Positions 8,341 through 17,746 of a stretch of 38,611 nucleotides of DNA are shown here, in pieces. The first letter of the stretch is position 1. Each line of letters starts with the position of its first letter. The notes under the pieces are model-generated. The model was given only the letters and a program-made list of their open reading frames with translations. It was not told the DNA's origin and did no database searches. The position numbers and the translations under genes were made by a program. Source of the stretch: a virus (taxonomy: Duplodnaviria; Caudoviricetes); the IMG/VR virus record IMGVR_UViG_3300038321_000202, positions 1-38,611 of that record; one strand, given 5' to 3'.

Positions 8341-8557
8341 TTGTATCGTCTTCTTTCGGTATTAGCCAAAACCAATTCTTGGCTTTCCTGTTTTCCTGTA
8401 GGGATATATCACTGATTGTTGCTACACCACATATGGTTCTTGCTTTATTGAGTTGCCCCTTTGAATATCCTGCCTTTTTTGCTTTTTTCCTTATCACCTC
8501 ACAATTTAAAAACTTCTGCCCACTTAAAAGTTTGATTAGCCAATCCTCACAAGTCAA
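8321..8557 (-). CDS. Small basic protein, winged-helix-like
   Basis: TTG start with AAAGG SD; overlaps the VRR-NUC start; 78 aa, Lys-rich. Confidence 0.55.
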   Translation of the reverse strand: MTCEDWLIKLLSGQKFLNCEVIRKKAKKAGYSKGQLNKARTICGVATISDISLQENRKAKNWFWLIPKEDDTNAGKHD

Positions 8558-8599
8558 AATTATTAACGCCTTTCAAAAAATACTTGACAAATTCGTAAA

Positions 8600-8896
8600 A
8601 TTGTGCTACGCGTACATGCGTGTAACACGTCATTACTAAAATCCTAAGAGTACTACAAATATAGATTTAAAGGATATAGAATCCTCTTTATTATCTTTAA
8701 TCCTATGTCTGTACCTACATAGGGGATTATTGGTTTACTTAGTTTACCTATATTAAAAACGGCTTATTTATGGGCTTTTTCGGTAAACTAATTTGGTAAA
8801 CCAATTAAATTTATTAGTTTACCTGGTTTACTTTAACAGCTTTAGGTAAACCAACTGGGTAAACCAATAAAAGCCTTTTAGTTTACTTGGTTTACC
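8600..8896. repeat. Putative replication origin with ten GTAAAC-core repeats
   Basis: AT-rich non-coding region directly after the primase-helicase gene; five repeat pairs of alternating orientation at 8731-8896. Confidence 0.75.
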
Positions 8897-11329
8897 CTAT
8901 TTCCCGATATATTTCCAGCCCTTTTGCGTTCCATAACCCGCTCCGAACTTCATAGTACTGGAACGTTTCCACCCCGGCATCTTATCCAGAATCTTTGAAA
9001 CACGGTTGCTTTCCGACCGTTTAACGGTCCATCCCGGACGCCAGCCCAGGCATTCACGACCGATTTCCAGCACGCAAATACGGTCCCGGTGTACCAGGTT
9101 ATCGTCCTTCTCCTGTCCCGCTTCCTGCGAGGCGAGAAATGTTTCGCGGGCGACGGAATCCATCTGCATCCAGTTTCGCGGCACGGGACGGTCCAGGAAC
9201 GCGGCGATCTGTCCTTCGTAGTCGTCCCGTTCCGTGTGGCCCTGCCGGCGTTCCTCGGCTTCCGCCTCTTCTTCCGCGGTAAGGACCAGCGGCTCGCCCA
9301 TCTGCCAGTACAGGTAGGCTTCCGCCCACAACTGCCCCACGGTTTCCGGAGTCATATCATCCCATACGTTTTTTGCCGGGCGGTCCCCGCAGTCGATAGG
9401 CCAGAAGCGGCGGTTGCCGGTCGGGTCTTTTAAGTAGTCGTTGTCGTTTGTGGTACCGAAAAAGACGCATTGGCGCGGGTGTTTTTCGGGTCTGTGGGCA
9501 TAGGCCGTCCGATATTCATCACAGGATTGTGATACCATTTGCTTAACGGTATTGGTATCCGCCCGGCTCATTGAGGACAGTTCCGGGATTTCGACGATCC
9601 AACTGCCCTGGATTACTTCCGCGACGGCTTTCGGGTCGTCGAAGGATACCATAAGCGCGGATGCCCATGGACCGCCCAGGCGGGCGGCGAACGTGCTTTT
9701 ATAGGTGCCCTGCGGGCCGCAGATAACGACCATTTCGTCGTATTTAATCCCGGGCTGCATTGCCCGCGCTACGGCGGCAGCAAGGCTCTTGCGCCCCACA
9801 GCGCGGACGTATGGGGTATCGGCTTCCCCAAAGTAATCCTGGTACAGCGTATCCAGCCGCCGCACGCCGTCCCATTGCAGTCCTTGCAGGTATTCCTGTA
9901 CCGGGTTATAAGCGTTTTCGGTCGCGGTCTGGACCAGGGCGTCGTTTATGGTGTCTGCGTTATGGAACCCGAGCAGCTGTTCTACGCAGTTGCGCAGGCC
10001 GGCGTCGTCCGTGTCGGTCCATTCAAAGGTCCCTGTCCCGTCTTTGCGGCCCGCCCATGGCAGAGGGCAAACCCCTTCAATGCGGGAACTGAATGTGTTG
10101 AGCCGGATTTTATTTTTCAGCAGAGGGCTGTGGTCCAGCATGACTGCTGCGTTATAGATCGTATGTTCGTACCTGCCGTTGTTGGGGGATACTTTCAGCG
10201 CACGCATCCACTGCGTGTCCGGTTTTTCCTCGCCATTCGCCGCCATCATTTCACTGACATCCGCAGTCGCCTGCTTATACCGTTCGGCATTAAGGATGTC
10301 GACGACCTGGGCGTCGTGGCCGGCAAAATTGCACATGGCCGTATAGGACGGCATTTTCCCGATCGGTGTTCCGGGCTTCGCGTTGTCGTCCTGATCTCCA
10401 AACAGATGGATCCGGCACAGGTCGAAGGCGTTGCACAGTTTACCGGATGCGGGGTCGGTAGCGTGGTGGGAATACAAGAATTTCCCTTCATATACGATAG
10501 CGCCGCCGGTTGTGCTGCCCGCCGCATAGGTGTAACGGTTTGGCTTGTCTGTGGGCGTGTAGACGCCGGGCAGGACATTATCGATTGTATCGTAAATGCT
10601 GTGTACTTTGCACCAGGCGCCCACGATGCCGGTCTTTTCTTCCGGGTCCTGCTGCCGTTTGGCCAGGCGGTTATAGGTATCCTGTGCACCGGGTACCTGC
10701 GGCCATGTGCCCCAGTCGTGCCAATCTTCGTACATGCCCAGAATGCCGTCTGCCGACAGCAGCGGCAAATCCGCACAACGGAATATGTATTCGCTCCCGG
10801 CACAGCAGGACGGCCAGTACATGAGCCGCGAGGCTTCAAACGTCGTCGGATCGTAGATTTTCATGCTGGGGTCAATGATAGACGCCACACGGCGTGCTAT
10901 GGGTTCGTATTCGTCCGGGGTCACGCTGTGGTCCAGCGGCAGCAGAATCCGCAGTCGGGGCGCGTCTGGGCGATGCTTGCGGGTGCTGTAGACGGCATAT
11001 CCGCATTGCAGCCCTGCCACGCGGCGCAGGATATCATCCGTTCCGCCGGGTGGGATATTATCGGCGTCCAAGGTTACGCCGTCCCGATACAGGACGGTAT
11101 TCGCCTTTCTGCGGCCGTCCTTTAATTCTCCGAAGATATAGCCGCCGATGTCTTTTAAGTCGTCCTGCCTTGCTTTCGGCAGCCGTAGATAGGCTTCCAT
11201 GCTTTCGGTGCTGCGCGCCGGGATTTTCAACTTCTCGTATAAATCGGCCACGAGCAGTTTTTGTGCCGGCCAGGATGCCGCCCGGCGGGTTCCTGCGGCC
11301 GCTATCGTAATCAATCTGTCGTATTGCAT
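8897..11329 (-). CDS. Primase-helicase (primase-like N-terminus plus VirE/VapE SF3-type ATPase)
   Basis: LDAD and YSTRKH...PRLR primase-like motifs; GPQGTYKST Walker A; WIVEIPEL; GTTN...DPTGNRRFWP. Confidence 0.9.
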   Translation of the reverse strand: MQYDRLITIAAAGTRRAASWPAQKLLVADLYEKLKIPARSTESMEAYLRLPKARQDDLKDIGGYIFGELKDGRRKANTVLYRDGVTLDADNIPPGGTDDILRRVAGLQCGYAVYSTRKHRPDAPRLRILLPLDHSVTPDEYEPIARRVASIIDPSMKIYDPTTFEASRLMYWPSCCAGSEYIFRCADLPLLSADGILGMYEDWHDWGTWPQVPGAQDTYNRLAKRQQDPEEKTGIVGAWCKVHSIYDTIDNVLPGVYTPTDKPNRYTYAAGSTTGGAIVYEGKFLYSHHATDPASGKLCNAFDLCRIHLFGDQDDNAKPGTPIGKMPSYTAMCNFAGHDAQVVDILNAERYKQATADVSEMMAANGEEKPDTQWMRALKVSPNNGRYEHTIYNAAVMLDHSPLLKNKIRLNTFSSRIEGVCPLPWAGRKDGTGTFEWTDTDDAGLRNCVEQLLGFHNADTINDALVQTATENAYNPVQEYLQGLQWDGVRRLDTLYQDYFGEADTPYVRAVGRKSLAAAVARAMQPGIKYDEMVVICGPQGTYKSTFAARLGGPWASALMVSFDDPKAVAEVIQGSWIVEIPELSSMSRADTNTVKQMVSQSCDEYRTAYAHRPEKHPRQCVFFGTTNDNDYLKDPTGNRRFWPIDCGDRPAKNVWDDMTPETVGQLWAEAYLYWQMGEPLVLTAEEEAEAEERRQGHTERDDYEGQIAAFLDRPVPRNWMQMDSVARETFLASQEAGQEKDDNLVHRDRICVLEIGRECLGWRPGWTVKRSESNRVSKILDKMPGWKRSSTMKFGAGYGTQKGWKYIGK

Positions 11330-11340
11330 TTGCGATCCCT

Positions 11341-13326
11341 CTAATTCTTTGTAAAATAATTGCCTTCCCAGCCGTCCGCGTTTAACGGCAGGCCGGGCGC
11401 CCAGCTGATCGGCGTCCGCATAATATCAATGACATCCTGTAAGTGCTGATCAGGCGTTGCATCAATGACGACTTCGTCGTGGATATGGAAGACTACGTTA
11501 TAATCCCTCTCCATGAGCCGGTGAATATTGACGGCCAGGCAGTCGCGGGCGATTGCCTGGGTACAGTTTTCCGTGAGCTTCCCGGCGTAGGTGCCGATTT
11601 CCTGCCACTTTTTTGTGGTTTGGTTTTGCCCCCAGTAATATAGCTTTGGATTCCCGTTTTCGTCCCGCTTTAGGTGCGGGCAGTTATAAAACAGCTTTCG
11701 TCCGGATGGTAGCTGGATCGTCATAAAATAATTATTTTTATCTTCTATCGTGAAAAGCAATTTGCCTTGTACCAGGGTGCTTTTTTTGTATGCCGCGGCG
11801 CGGAAAGCGGCGTTTTCGATCTCTTTCCACAAATGGACGATATGAGGGTTTGCTTTTCGCCAGGCGTCGCGGATTTTCGGCAGATCATCTTCAGGGATGC
11901 CCATACGCAGAGCGTTCATCCGGATGAGGGCGCCGATGCCGCCCTCATAGCCCAGAGCGAGGGTTGCAACCTTGCCGCGCTGCCGTAACGGGTAATTCGG
12001 CTTGCCTTTTGCGATACTGTCCTCGGGGACGTGGAACATCTGGGCGGCGGTAGCCTCATAAATTTTTCCGGTTGTGCGGAACACCTGCAGAGACCAGGTT
12101 TCATTCGCCAGCCAGGCAATGACCCGGGCTTCAATGGCCGAAAAATCCGCGTCGATGAATTTATTGCCGGGCGTCGGGATCAGGGCCGTGCGGATCAGCT
12201 GGGACAGGGTATCGGGTACCGTGCCAAACAGCATTTGGATCCCATCTGCGTCGGCTCGTTTTGCCAATTCGCGGGCGCAGTCCAGCGCCTTTCCCTGTAT
12301 GTAGGTCCGGGGCAGGTTTTGCGGTTGGATAATTTTTCCAGACCATCTTCCAGTTCGGTTGGCGCCATAAAATTGCAGTACGCCCCGGGCCCGTCCATCC
12401 GTACATACGGTTTGCCGCATGGCCTCATATTTTTTAACCGATGTCTTTCCGGTTTCCTTACGGATTTCGAGGATCCGATGCGCATCTGGATCCAGTTTGC
12501 CGCTGTCCAATAGGTCGTCAACATTTTCTTTGCGGAGCGTATCGACTGTATAGCCCCGGCGCTGCATCCAGCCTTTAATTTGGGCCGTGCTGTTTGGGTT
12601 GCCTAACCCGGTAATCCTTTGGGCCTCTTCGATCAACGGCTGCACGGCCTTTTTATTGGCTTCGATCGCTCCGGTAATTAAATCCATGTCCAGCGCTATC
12701 CCACGGGTATTCAGCAACAAATTTTCGATCCACTGTTGTTGGACATCGTCGGGTACGGGAAATTGTTTTAAGCGTTGTCCGATTGTATATTCCGTAATAA
12801 CATCCTGCTTGTTGTAATCACGGAATAATTGCCATTTCTCCGGCTCATCGTGCGGGTTGATCCATGGACGGTGGTCTTTATCCGTTTGCTTATGGGGCGT
12901 GCAGAACAGTTTAATCAGTGCCTTACCGGTTGCCAGCTTGCGTTTATCTTCCGGCAACCCCATGGCCTTGCCGGCGGCGTCCAGGCTTGCAGGATAGCCG
13001 CAGTATAGGCTGTGCAGCATGGTATCCTGCCATTGATTCGGTGGTAAGGTAAGTCCGGTAAGCCGGTACAGGCAATACCATTCAAAGGCCGCGTTATATG
13101 CCCGTTTGACATAATCCGGCTCGGTTAGCAGTTGTTTAAATGCGGTAAATTCGGGTTCCCACTCGCCCCGGGATCCAGTAAAGTCAATCTGCTGGACTGG
13201 GCCGCCGTCTATGCTGTATCCGCAAAGCAGGACGGTAAAGTCCGGTGACTGCGCGTATTTATATAGTCCTGTTTTTCCAATTGGTTCACTGGATCGAGTT
13301 TCGATATCTATTGAGAGGTAATGCAT
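11341..13326 (-). CDS. Phage family A DNA polymerase with 3'-5' exonuclease
   Basis: Exo DIET and AYNAAFE; motif A DFSAIEAR; motif B RQRGKVATLALGY; motif C HIHDE. Confidence 0.95.
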   Translation of the reverse strand: MHYLSIDIETRSSEPIGKTGLYKYAQSPDFTVLLCGYSIDGGPVQQIDFTGSRGEWEPEFTAFKQLLTEPDYVKRAYNAAFEWYCLYRLTGLTLPPNQWQDTMLHSLYCGYPASLDAAGKAMGLPEDKRKLATGKALIKLFCTPHKQTDKDHRPWINPHDEPEKWQLFRDYNKQDVITEYTIGQRLKQFPVPDDVQQQWIENLLLNTRGIALDMDLITGAIEANKKAVQPLIEEAQRITGLGNPNSTAQIKGWMQRRGYTVDTLRKENVDDLLDSGKLDPDAHRILEIRKETGKTSVKKYEAMRQTVCTDGRARGVLQFYGANRTGRWSGKIIQPQNLPRTYIQGKALDCARELAKRADADGIQMLFGTVPDTLSQLIRTALIPTPGNKFIDADFSAIEARVIAWLANETWSLQVFRTTGKIYEATAAQMFHVPEDSIAKGKPNYPLRQRGKVATLALGYEGGIGALIRMNALRMGIPEDDLPKIRDAWRKANPHIVHLWKEIENAAFRAAAYKKSTLVQGKLLFTIEDKNNYFMTIQLPSGRKLFYNCPHLKRDENGNPKLYYWGQNQTTKKWQEIGTYAGKLTENCTQAIARDCLAVNIHRLMERDYNVVFHIHDEVVIDATPDQHLQDVIDIMRTPISWAPGLPLNADGWEGNYFTKN

Positions 13327-13394
13327 TTAACCGTTCGTCCTTTCCTCTTGTCCTTTTGGGGCGGGGCCTTGTACGGTGGCTCCGCTAGGAACGT

Positions 13395-14048
13395 TTAGCC
13401 GTAGATCGGCTGAAATGTATTCGGATCATAGCCTACAAGGTGTTTACCGGTCGGGGCAGGCGTATTATAGGTTGTATGCGGTGTTGTTGCCTGAGTATCG
13501 GGGATGAGGCCTGCGAAGTCGTCGTCTGCCGATGCACGGCCGCCGCCGAGCGGCTCATCATCGCGTACCTTCATCAGTGTTTCCAGCCCGACGCCGATCC
13601 CCTTATTTTGTGGGTTGTTATAACCGAAAAACGTGACCCCGACATGCGCCCATACGCCGGAGTAGATCGCGGACATATCCAGCAGCTTCTGCCCGTATTC
13701 ATCGCGCATATCGGGCTGCTGCTTGCTGGATGTCGTAAAAACCCACATGCCTTTGCACTCCTCGCCAAATGGCTGCCCATCGGATGGACGGACACCGTCG
13801 CCGTCGTGTACGGATACTTTCGGTTGGGCCGGGAAGCCTTTGCCGAACTTCTTGAGCGCTTTCTGCGTGGCAATGGCAACGGCAGCGTCGATCCGCTGTT
13901 TATTTTTTACATCGTTTTTCGGTACCAAAATGGTTGCGGAGTATTTTGGGCCCTGGGTACCGGTAGTACCGGTATAGGGCTTGTCCAAATGGACATAGGA
14001 CAGGCGGACGTTTGTCAGCACGATGTGTGCAGGATTGTTATTAGGCAT
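13395..14048 (-). CDS. ssDNA-binding protein, DUF2815 (T7 gp2.5-like)
   Basis: VRLSY...KYSATILVPK...HDGD...IYSG...NKGIGVGL...DEPLGG..ADDDF. Confidence 0.9.
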   Translation of the reverse strand: MPNNNPAHIVLTNVRLSYVHLDKPYTGTTGTQGPKYSATILVPKNDVKNKQRIDAAVAIATQKALKKFGKGFPAQPKVSVHDGDGVRPSDGQPFGEECKGMWVFTTSSKQQPDMRDEYGQKLLDMSAIYSGVWAHVGVTFFGYNNPQNKGIGVGLETLMKVRDDEPLGGGRASADDDFAGLIPDTQATTPHTTYNTPAPTGKHLVGYDPNTFQPIYG

Positions 14049-14051
14049 AGA

Positions 14052-14480
14052 TCATTTCTCCTTATTTTGAATTTCTTGAAAGATGAATTGAATCTTTTGG
14101 GTGCGCTCGAAATTTGCTTTGGCTTTTTTCACTGCCAAAATCAGCGGCCTGTTGATTTTCTTTTGTCGGGCTTCGGGTATGGCGGAGCCATTTAGATAGG
14201 TAGCCCGGTAGTTGTTTTGATAGTCTTTGCTTGCTTTGTGCCATACGTCTCTTGCTTCGGTAGCTTCCCGTGGCAGGTAACTCGTGATTGCCTGGATCGC
14301 TTCTGCATTTCTCTGCGGGTCCGATAAAATGAGTTTAAACAGCTTGCGGATTTTAAAGAGCGTTAATACTGGTATTGCTTCAAGAATCATAGTGGCCTGG
14401 AAGGCTCCCCCGTGGGCTTGAAAATGGATCATGGTTTCCGTTGGTGCTTCTTTATTTGGGCGCAGGTAGAAGGTGGTCAT
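14052..14480 (-). CDS. Hypothetical basic protein
   Basis: 142 aa, start overlaps the upstream stop and it fills the gap exactly. Confidence 0.65.
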   Translation of the reverse strand: MTTFYLRPNKEAPTETMIHFQAHGGAFQATMILEAIPVLTLFKIRKLFKLILSDPQRNAEAIQAITSYLPREATEARDVWHKASKDYQNNYRATYLNGSAIPEARQKKINRPLILAVKKAKANFERTQKIQFIFQEIQNKEK

Positions 14481-15673
14481 TTTGTTATCAGGTCCTTAAA
14501 ATCATCATCCGCAGTAGCCTGGGGTGAATATGCCGGGCGTTTGTCGGTTTCGGGTACCGGTGTAGGGCTGCCCGGTTGTTTTATGACATGCTTTCCAGCG
14601 ATCTCTGTGAATTGTTTTTTCCCAATTTGTTTTTCCAGTTGGGATAGGGTGTACGGTTCTCGGTGGTACAGCATTTCCGGCTTTATGCCGGCAGCTTTCA
14701 GATCGTTGAAAGCAGCGTCCTGATTGTCCCATATGCGTTTGCTTCTGCCCTCAACTAACTTCCAGCCGGGGATTTTCTTGCCCTGCATCAGGGAATCCAG
14801 AGCATACTGTTTAGCTTTTCTCGCGTATTCCAATAACGGTTCCAGTTTGTGGAGTAAGTCCCCAAATTCCTTTGCCGACAGTTTCGGGGGCAACAGCCTT
14901 TTAAAATCCTTAACCGCCTGCGTTACGTCGGTAGCGTATTTGCGGCAGGTAGCGCCCGCTCTGCACCATCGGCACCAATCGCCGGGATGATATTCCCCGC
15001 AGCCATTAAATGCTTTTTCTGCGGCGGGTTTTACAATGTTTTCTCCCCAAGCGATCAGATCGGCGGCGGGGATCGCGTCCCCCGTGATGGAATCCAACCT
15101 GGGTTGGACAATCGTTGTATGTACAGTGTTGATTACCCAAAACTGTTGGAATGCTCGTAAGGCCCCCAAGCCGTATAGCCGTAGCTGCGGATTGCCTGCC
15201 GCGACTACCGGAACGCCTTTGCCGTATTTGAAATCGAAAACGTATAGGTCGTTGCCGTACAGCATAATGCAATCTGCCTGCCCAAAGGATTCCGGCGCGA
15301 TATTGGATAAATTCAGTGAGACTTCAGCGAAAATCGCGGGCCGGCGGTCAAAGCTGTTTGCTACGTCGGTTATATGATCAATATAGATGTCCGTATAGCC
15401 GTCCATTTCTGGGTTGTACAGTTCGTTGGCCTGCAGCTTCGATAGTTCAGCTTTATACTTTCGTGGCCCCAGTGGCCGTTTATGACCATCCGGGCAAATA
15501 CCGAACCGCTTCTGTAGTTTCAGCTCGGCAATCGCGTGCGCCAAGGTGCCCTCACGGGTGTAGACCGTGTCTTTGTCCGGTAAATTCTTTGTCAGGGCTA
15601 CGGATCCCGGGCAGTGAATCCATCGATCAGCGGCAGACGGAGCAAGGATCGCATGCTTTATCGGGGTCGGCAT
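14477..15673 (-). CDS. DUF2800 Cas4-like PD-(D/E)xK exonuclease
   Basis: HA.LAPSAADRW..CP, EGTLAH, GQADC...DFKYGKG, NPQL, WCRWC...C. Confidence 0.9.
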   Translation of the reverse strand: MPTPIKHAILAPSAADRWIHCPGSVALTKNLPDKDTVYTREGTLAHAIAELKLQKRFGICPDGHKRPLGPRKYKAELSKLQANELYNPEMDGYTDIYIDHITDVANSFDRRPAIFAEVSLNLSNIAPESFGQADCIMLYGNDLYVFDFKYGKGVPVVAAGNPQLRLYGLGALRAFQQFWVINTVHTTIVQPRLDSITGDAIPAADLIAWGENIVKPAAEKAFNGCGEYHPGDWCRWCRAGATCRKYATDVTQAVKDFKRLLPPKLSAKEFGDLLHKLEPLLEYARKAKQYALDSLMQGKKIPGWKLVEGRSKRIWDNQDAAFNDLKAAGIKPEMLYHREPYTLSQLEKQIGKKQFTEIAGKHVIKQPGSPTPVPETDKRPAYSPQATADDDFKDLITK

Positions 15674-16092
15674 CAGATTTGCGCCCCCAGTCCGCGAATA
15701 TCCGCGGCGAATAATCCGCGTTTATCGTCCGGTAAATCCGGCAGCCGCTGGACGCCGTATTTTTTCAGCAGACCCTGCAGCTGTGGTCCTTTGCCCTGCA
15801 TCAGCAGGGGGCCGACAGCGGCCTGCAGGTCTTCCAGCTTATAAGCTGGCGCTGCTGCCGTAGGCACAGGTGCCGGTTGTGCCTGTGGTGCTTGTGCGGG
15901 CGCTGCGGGGGCTGCTGTCTGCGCAGCAGGCGTTCCTGTCGCCGCTGCTGCCGGCGCAGTCGGCGTTGTTGCTGCCGATTTTGCTGTTGGAAAGGCTGCC
16001 CGTTTGGACTGGTTATCCAAAGTTGTGCAAAATTTTTGGATAAGCGCTTGTAAGACCTGATCAGCGGTTAAGGTAATTTTGATTTCAAACAT
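15673..16092 (-). CDS. Hypothetical protein with Ala/Pro/Thr linker, typical of this replication module
   Basis: SD AAGGAAG; C-terminal LLKKYGVQRLPDL motif; precedes DUF2800. Confidence 0.75.
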   Translation of the reverse strand: MFEIKITLTADQVLQALIQKFCTTLDNQSKRAAFPTAKSAATTPTAPAAAATGTPAAQTAAPAAPAQAPQAQPAPVPTAAAPAYKLEDLQAAVGPLLMQGKGPQLQGLLKKYGVQRLPDLPDDKRGLFAADIRGLGAQI

Positions 16093-16108
16093 GTGAGGTA
16101 CTTCCTTT

Positions 16109-16517
16109 CTATTCATCATCGGATTTCACTTCGACGAACTTCCCGTTTTTCAGTGTGTAGTAGGTATCCGGTTTGATTTTTTCGCCGTCCACTACGGTTG
16201 CTTTCCATTCTTTGATGCTGAAAGTATTATCATGCTCTTCGCAAAGGACAAGCACGGCGCCGAGGCCGCCGCGTGCCTTCGGATACGGAGCCACGTGACG
16301 TCGTAGCACCGCAAGTCCCGGCGGTCGCAGCACCGTAATTCCCGGCGGTCGCAGGGGCGTAGTGGCTCAAGACGTCAAGGGGGCGTTCACAGGCGTGGAA
16401 CCCACGTCGGCAAAGAACAGCTTCGGGTTCCTCGTAGGTCTTGCCGATTTTATACTGGAAGGGTGTTCCGCAAGGGTTGCCTTGCAGATTTTTATCGAAC
16501 CCCTTATAAGCCTTCAT
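16109..16517 (-). pseudogene. Internally deleted, frameshifted phage protein (KAYKGF...GFHAC family, DUF7666-like)
   Basis: N-terminus MKAYKGFD...GFHACERPLD in one frame; C-terminus KARGGLG...VDGEKIKPDTYYTL in another frame. Confidence 0.7.
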
Positions 16518-16518
16518 G

Positions 16519-16608
16519 TTGACAGATCCTTTCCCTTTGTGTATTATTGTCTTAAGTGCATTTTCTTTGCCGCTTCTCCTGTGTCGTCAGAAAAGCGGCT
16601 ATTTTGTT
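16519..16608 (+). ncRNA. Putative short antisense RNA unit (promoter plus terminator)
   Basis: TTGACA(16519)-N17-TATTAT(16542); hairpin GCCGCTT/AAGCGGC 16569-16599 followed by TATTTTGTT. Confidence 0.55.
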
Positions 16609-16754
16609 CGCCAAAGCCGGAAATGCGTGTCGCATCGGATTTCACTCATCCCGATCCGGACATCCGCCGCAACGGCACGTTTATATTTTTTACAGCATTT
16701 ACGGCAGGTGCGCTGATGCTTGCGGCAAGGGCAACGGGTACAGGGATTATACAT
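16599..16754 (-). CDS. Small Cys-rich basic protein (51 aa), not in the ORF track
   Basis: MYNPCTRCPCRKHQRTCRKCCKKY...; overlaps the upstream small ORF. Confidence 0.5.
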   Translation of the reverse strand: MYNPCTRCPCRKHQRTCRKCCKKYKRAVAADVRIGMSEIRCDTHFRLWRTK

Positions 16755-16869
16755 CACGGCATGCCCTTACATAAGCAATAAGGCCGTTGACGGTTGGCAT
16801 CTCACGGTTCACGTGGCACAGCCAGATATAATCGTTTGCCTCGTGGCAGTTAATACGGTATGTAGTCAT
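16747..16869 (-). CDS. Small hypothetical protein (40 aa), not in the ORF track
   Basis: MTTYRINCHEANDYIWLC...; AAAGGA SD. Confidence 0.5.
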   Translation of the reverse strand: MTTYRINCHEANDYIWLCHVNREMPTVNGLIAYVRACRDV

Positions 16870-16875
16870 TGATAT

Positions 16876-17406
16876 TCAGTCCTTTCTTTTTAATCGTGCT
16901 TCGGGGCTCCGCGGCTCAGCTCCTTCACCATTCTTTGAAAAACGCAGCGCATGTTGAAGCGCCTGCTCAGCAGCTGCCTCGGTCGGGCGCAGTCTGCTAA
17001 TATTGACTATAATTACACGTGTTTTTGATACCTTGATGCTCGCCCAGATTGTTTTTTCACCTATGCCATATTGCCAGATGGTTCCGCATTGTACGGTGTC
17101 CTTTTCCCCTCGCACTGCCCAGTATACCTTTTGACCTATTCTGTATGGCAGCGTGATTGTAAACGGAGGATTAGGGTTCGGAGTTTCCCTGCTTCCATCG
17201 TCATTTACGATAATGCGCGGAGCCCCGCAGCGTGGACAGAAACGATTTTCCAGGATGATGCCTTTGTGCTCTTTCATTGTGCCATTCTCCCTGAAGATGG
17301 CAGCGAGGCCAACCACGACACCATTATTCAGCCAGGTTTTCATGCCAGGGATTTCTCCACAATCGCAGGTTGGGATGTATTCTTTAACTAAAACTGCCTT
17401 GTTCAT
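16876..17406 (-). CDS. Hypothetical protein with CxC...FCPRCG Zn-binding motif
   Basis: AAGGA SD; typical early-region accessory gene. Confidence 0.65.
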   Translation of the reverse strand: MNKAVLVKEYIPTCDCGEIPGMKTWLNNGVVVGLAAIFRENGTMKEHKGIILENRFCPRCGAPRIIVNDDGSRETPNPNPPFTITLPYRIGQKVYWAVRGEKDTVQCGTIWQYGIGEKTIWASIKVSKTRVIIVNISRLRPTEAAAEQALQHALRFSKNGEGAEPRSPEARLKRKD

Positions 17407-17510
17407 GCTTTTTTCCTTTTGATTGCGCTTCACTGCGCGATCTGTCGTCGGGCGGCAATGTGCTGGCGTAGTTTTGTGACGCCTTAAACGTCCGGGGCTT
17501 TAAGCTGTCT

Positions 17511-17723
17511 TCATTCAATTTTCAGCGTCCCCCGCTTGTATGCAACCAGCAACCCCGGGCTGATGTGGTATGACCACTTTCCGCTCCGATTCTGCACGGC
17601 GACACCGAATGGTAGCCTGCCCTGCTGTAAACCGAGACGAATAAACACCGGTGTCTTGCCTATGTATGCAGCTGCTGCGGTAGGGAGCACGTTATCCATT
17701 ATGAGGATGTCTAAATCAGTCAT
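17511..17723 (-). CDS. Small HTH/excisionase-like DNA-binding protein
   Basis: AAAYIGKTPVFIRLGLQQGRLPFG..V...WSYHISP; AGGTGA SD. Confidence 0.7.
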   Translation of the reverse strand: MTDLDILIMDNVLPTAAAAYIGKTPVFIRLGLQQGRLPFGVAVQNRSGKWSYHISPGLLVAYKRGTLKIE

Positions 17724-17746
17724 TCAGATCACCTGCTTTTTTCATT

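Noticed and set aside
9875-11125. Long plus-strand ORFs opposite real genes (also 4205-4963, 23688-24671, 32619-33440, 37328-38224)
   Set aside because: Antisense shadows of well-supported coding genes with no protein motifs.
6360-13326. Z-base (2-aminoadenine) genome
   Set aside because: No PurZ is encoded in the window.
14477-15673. Cas4 as part of a CRISPR system
   Set aside because: It is the DUF2800 exonuclease in its normal replication-module context.
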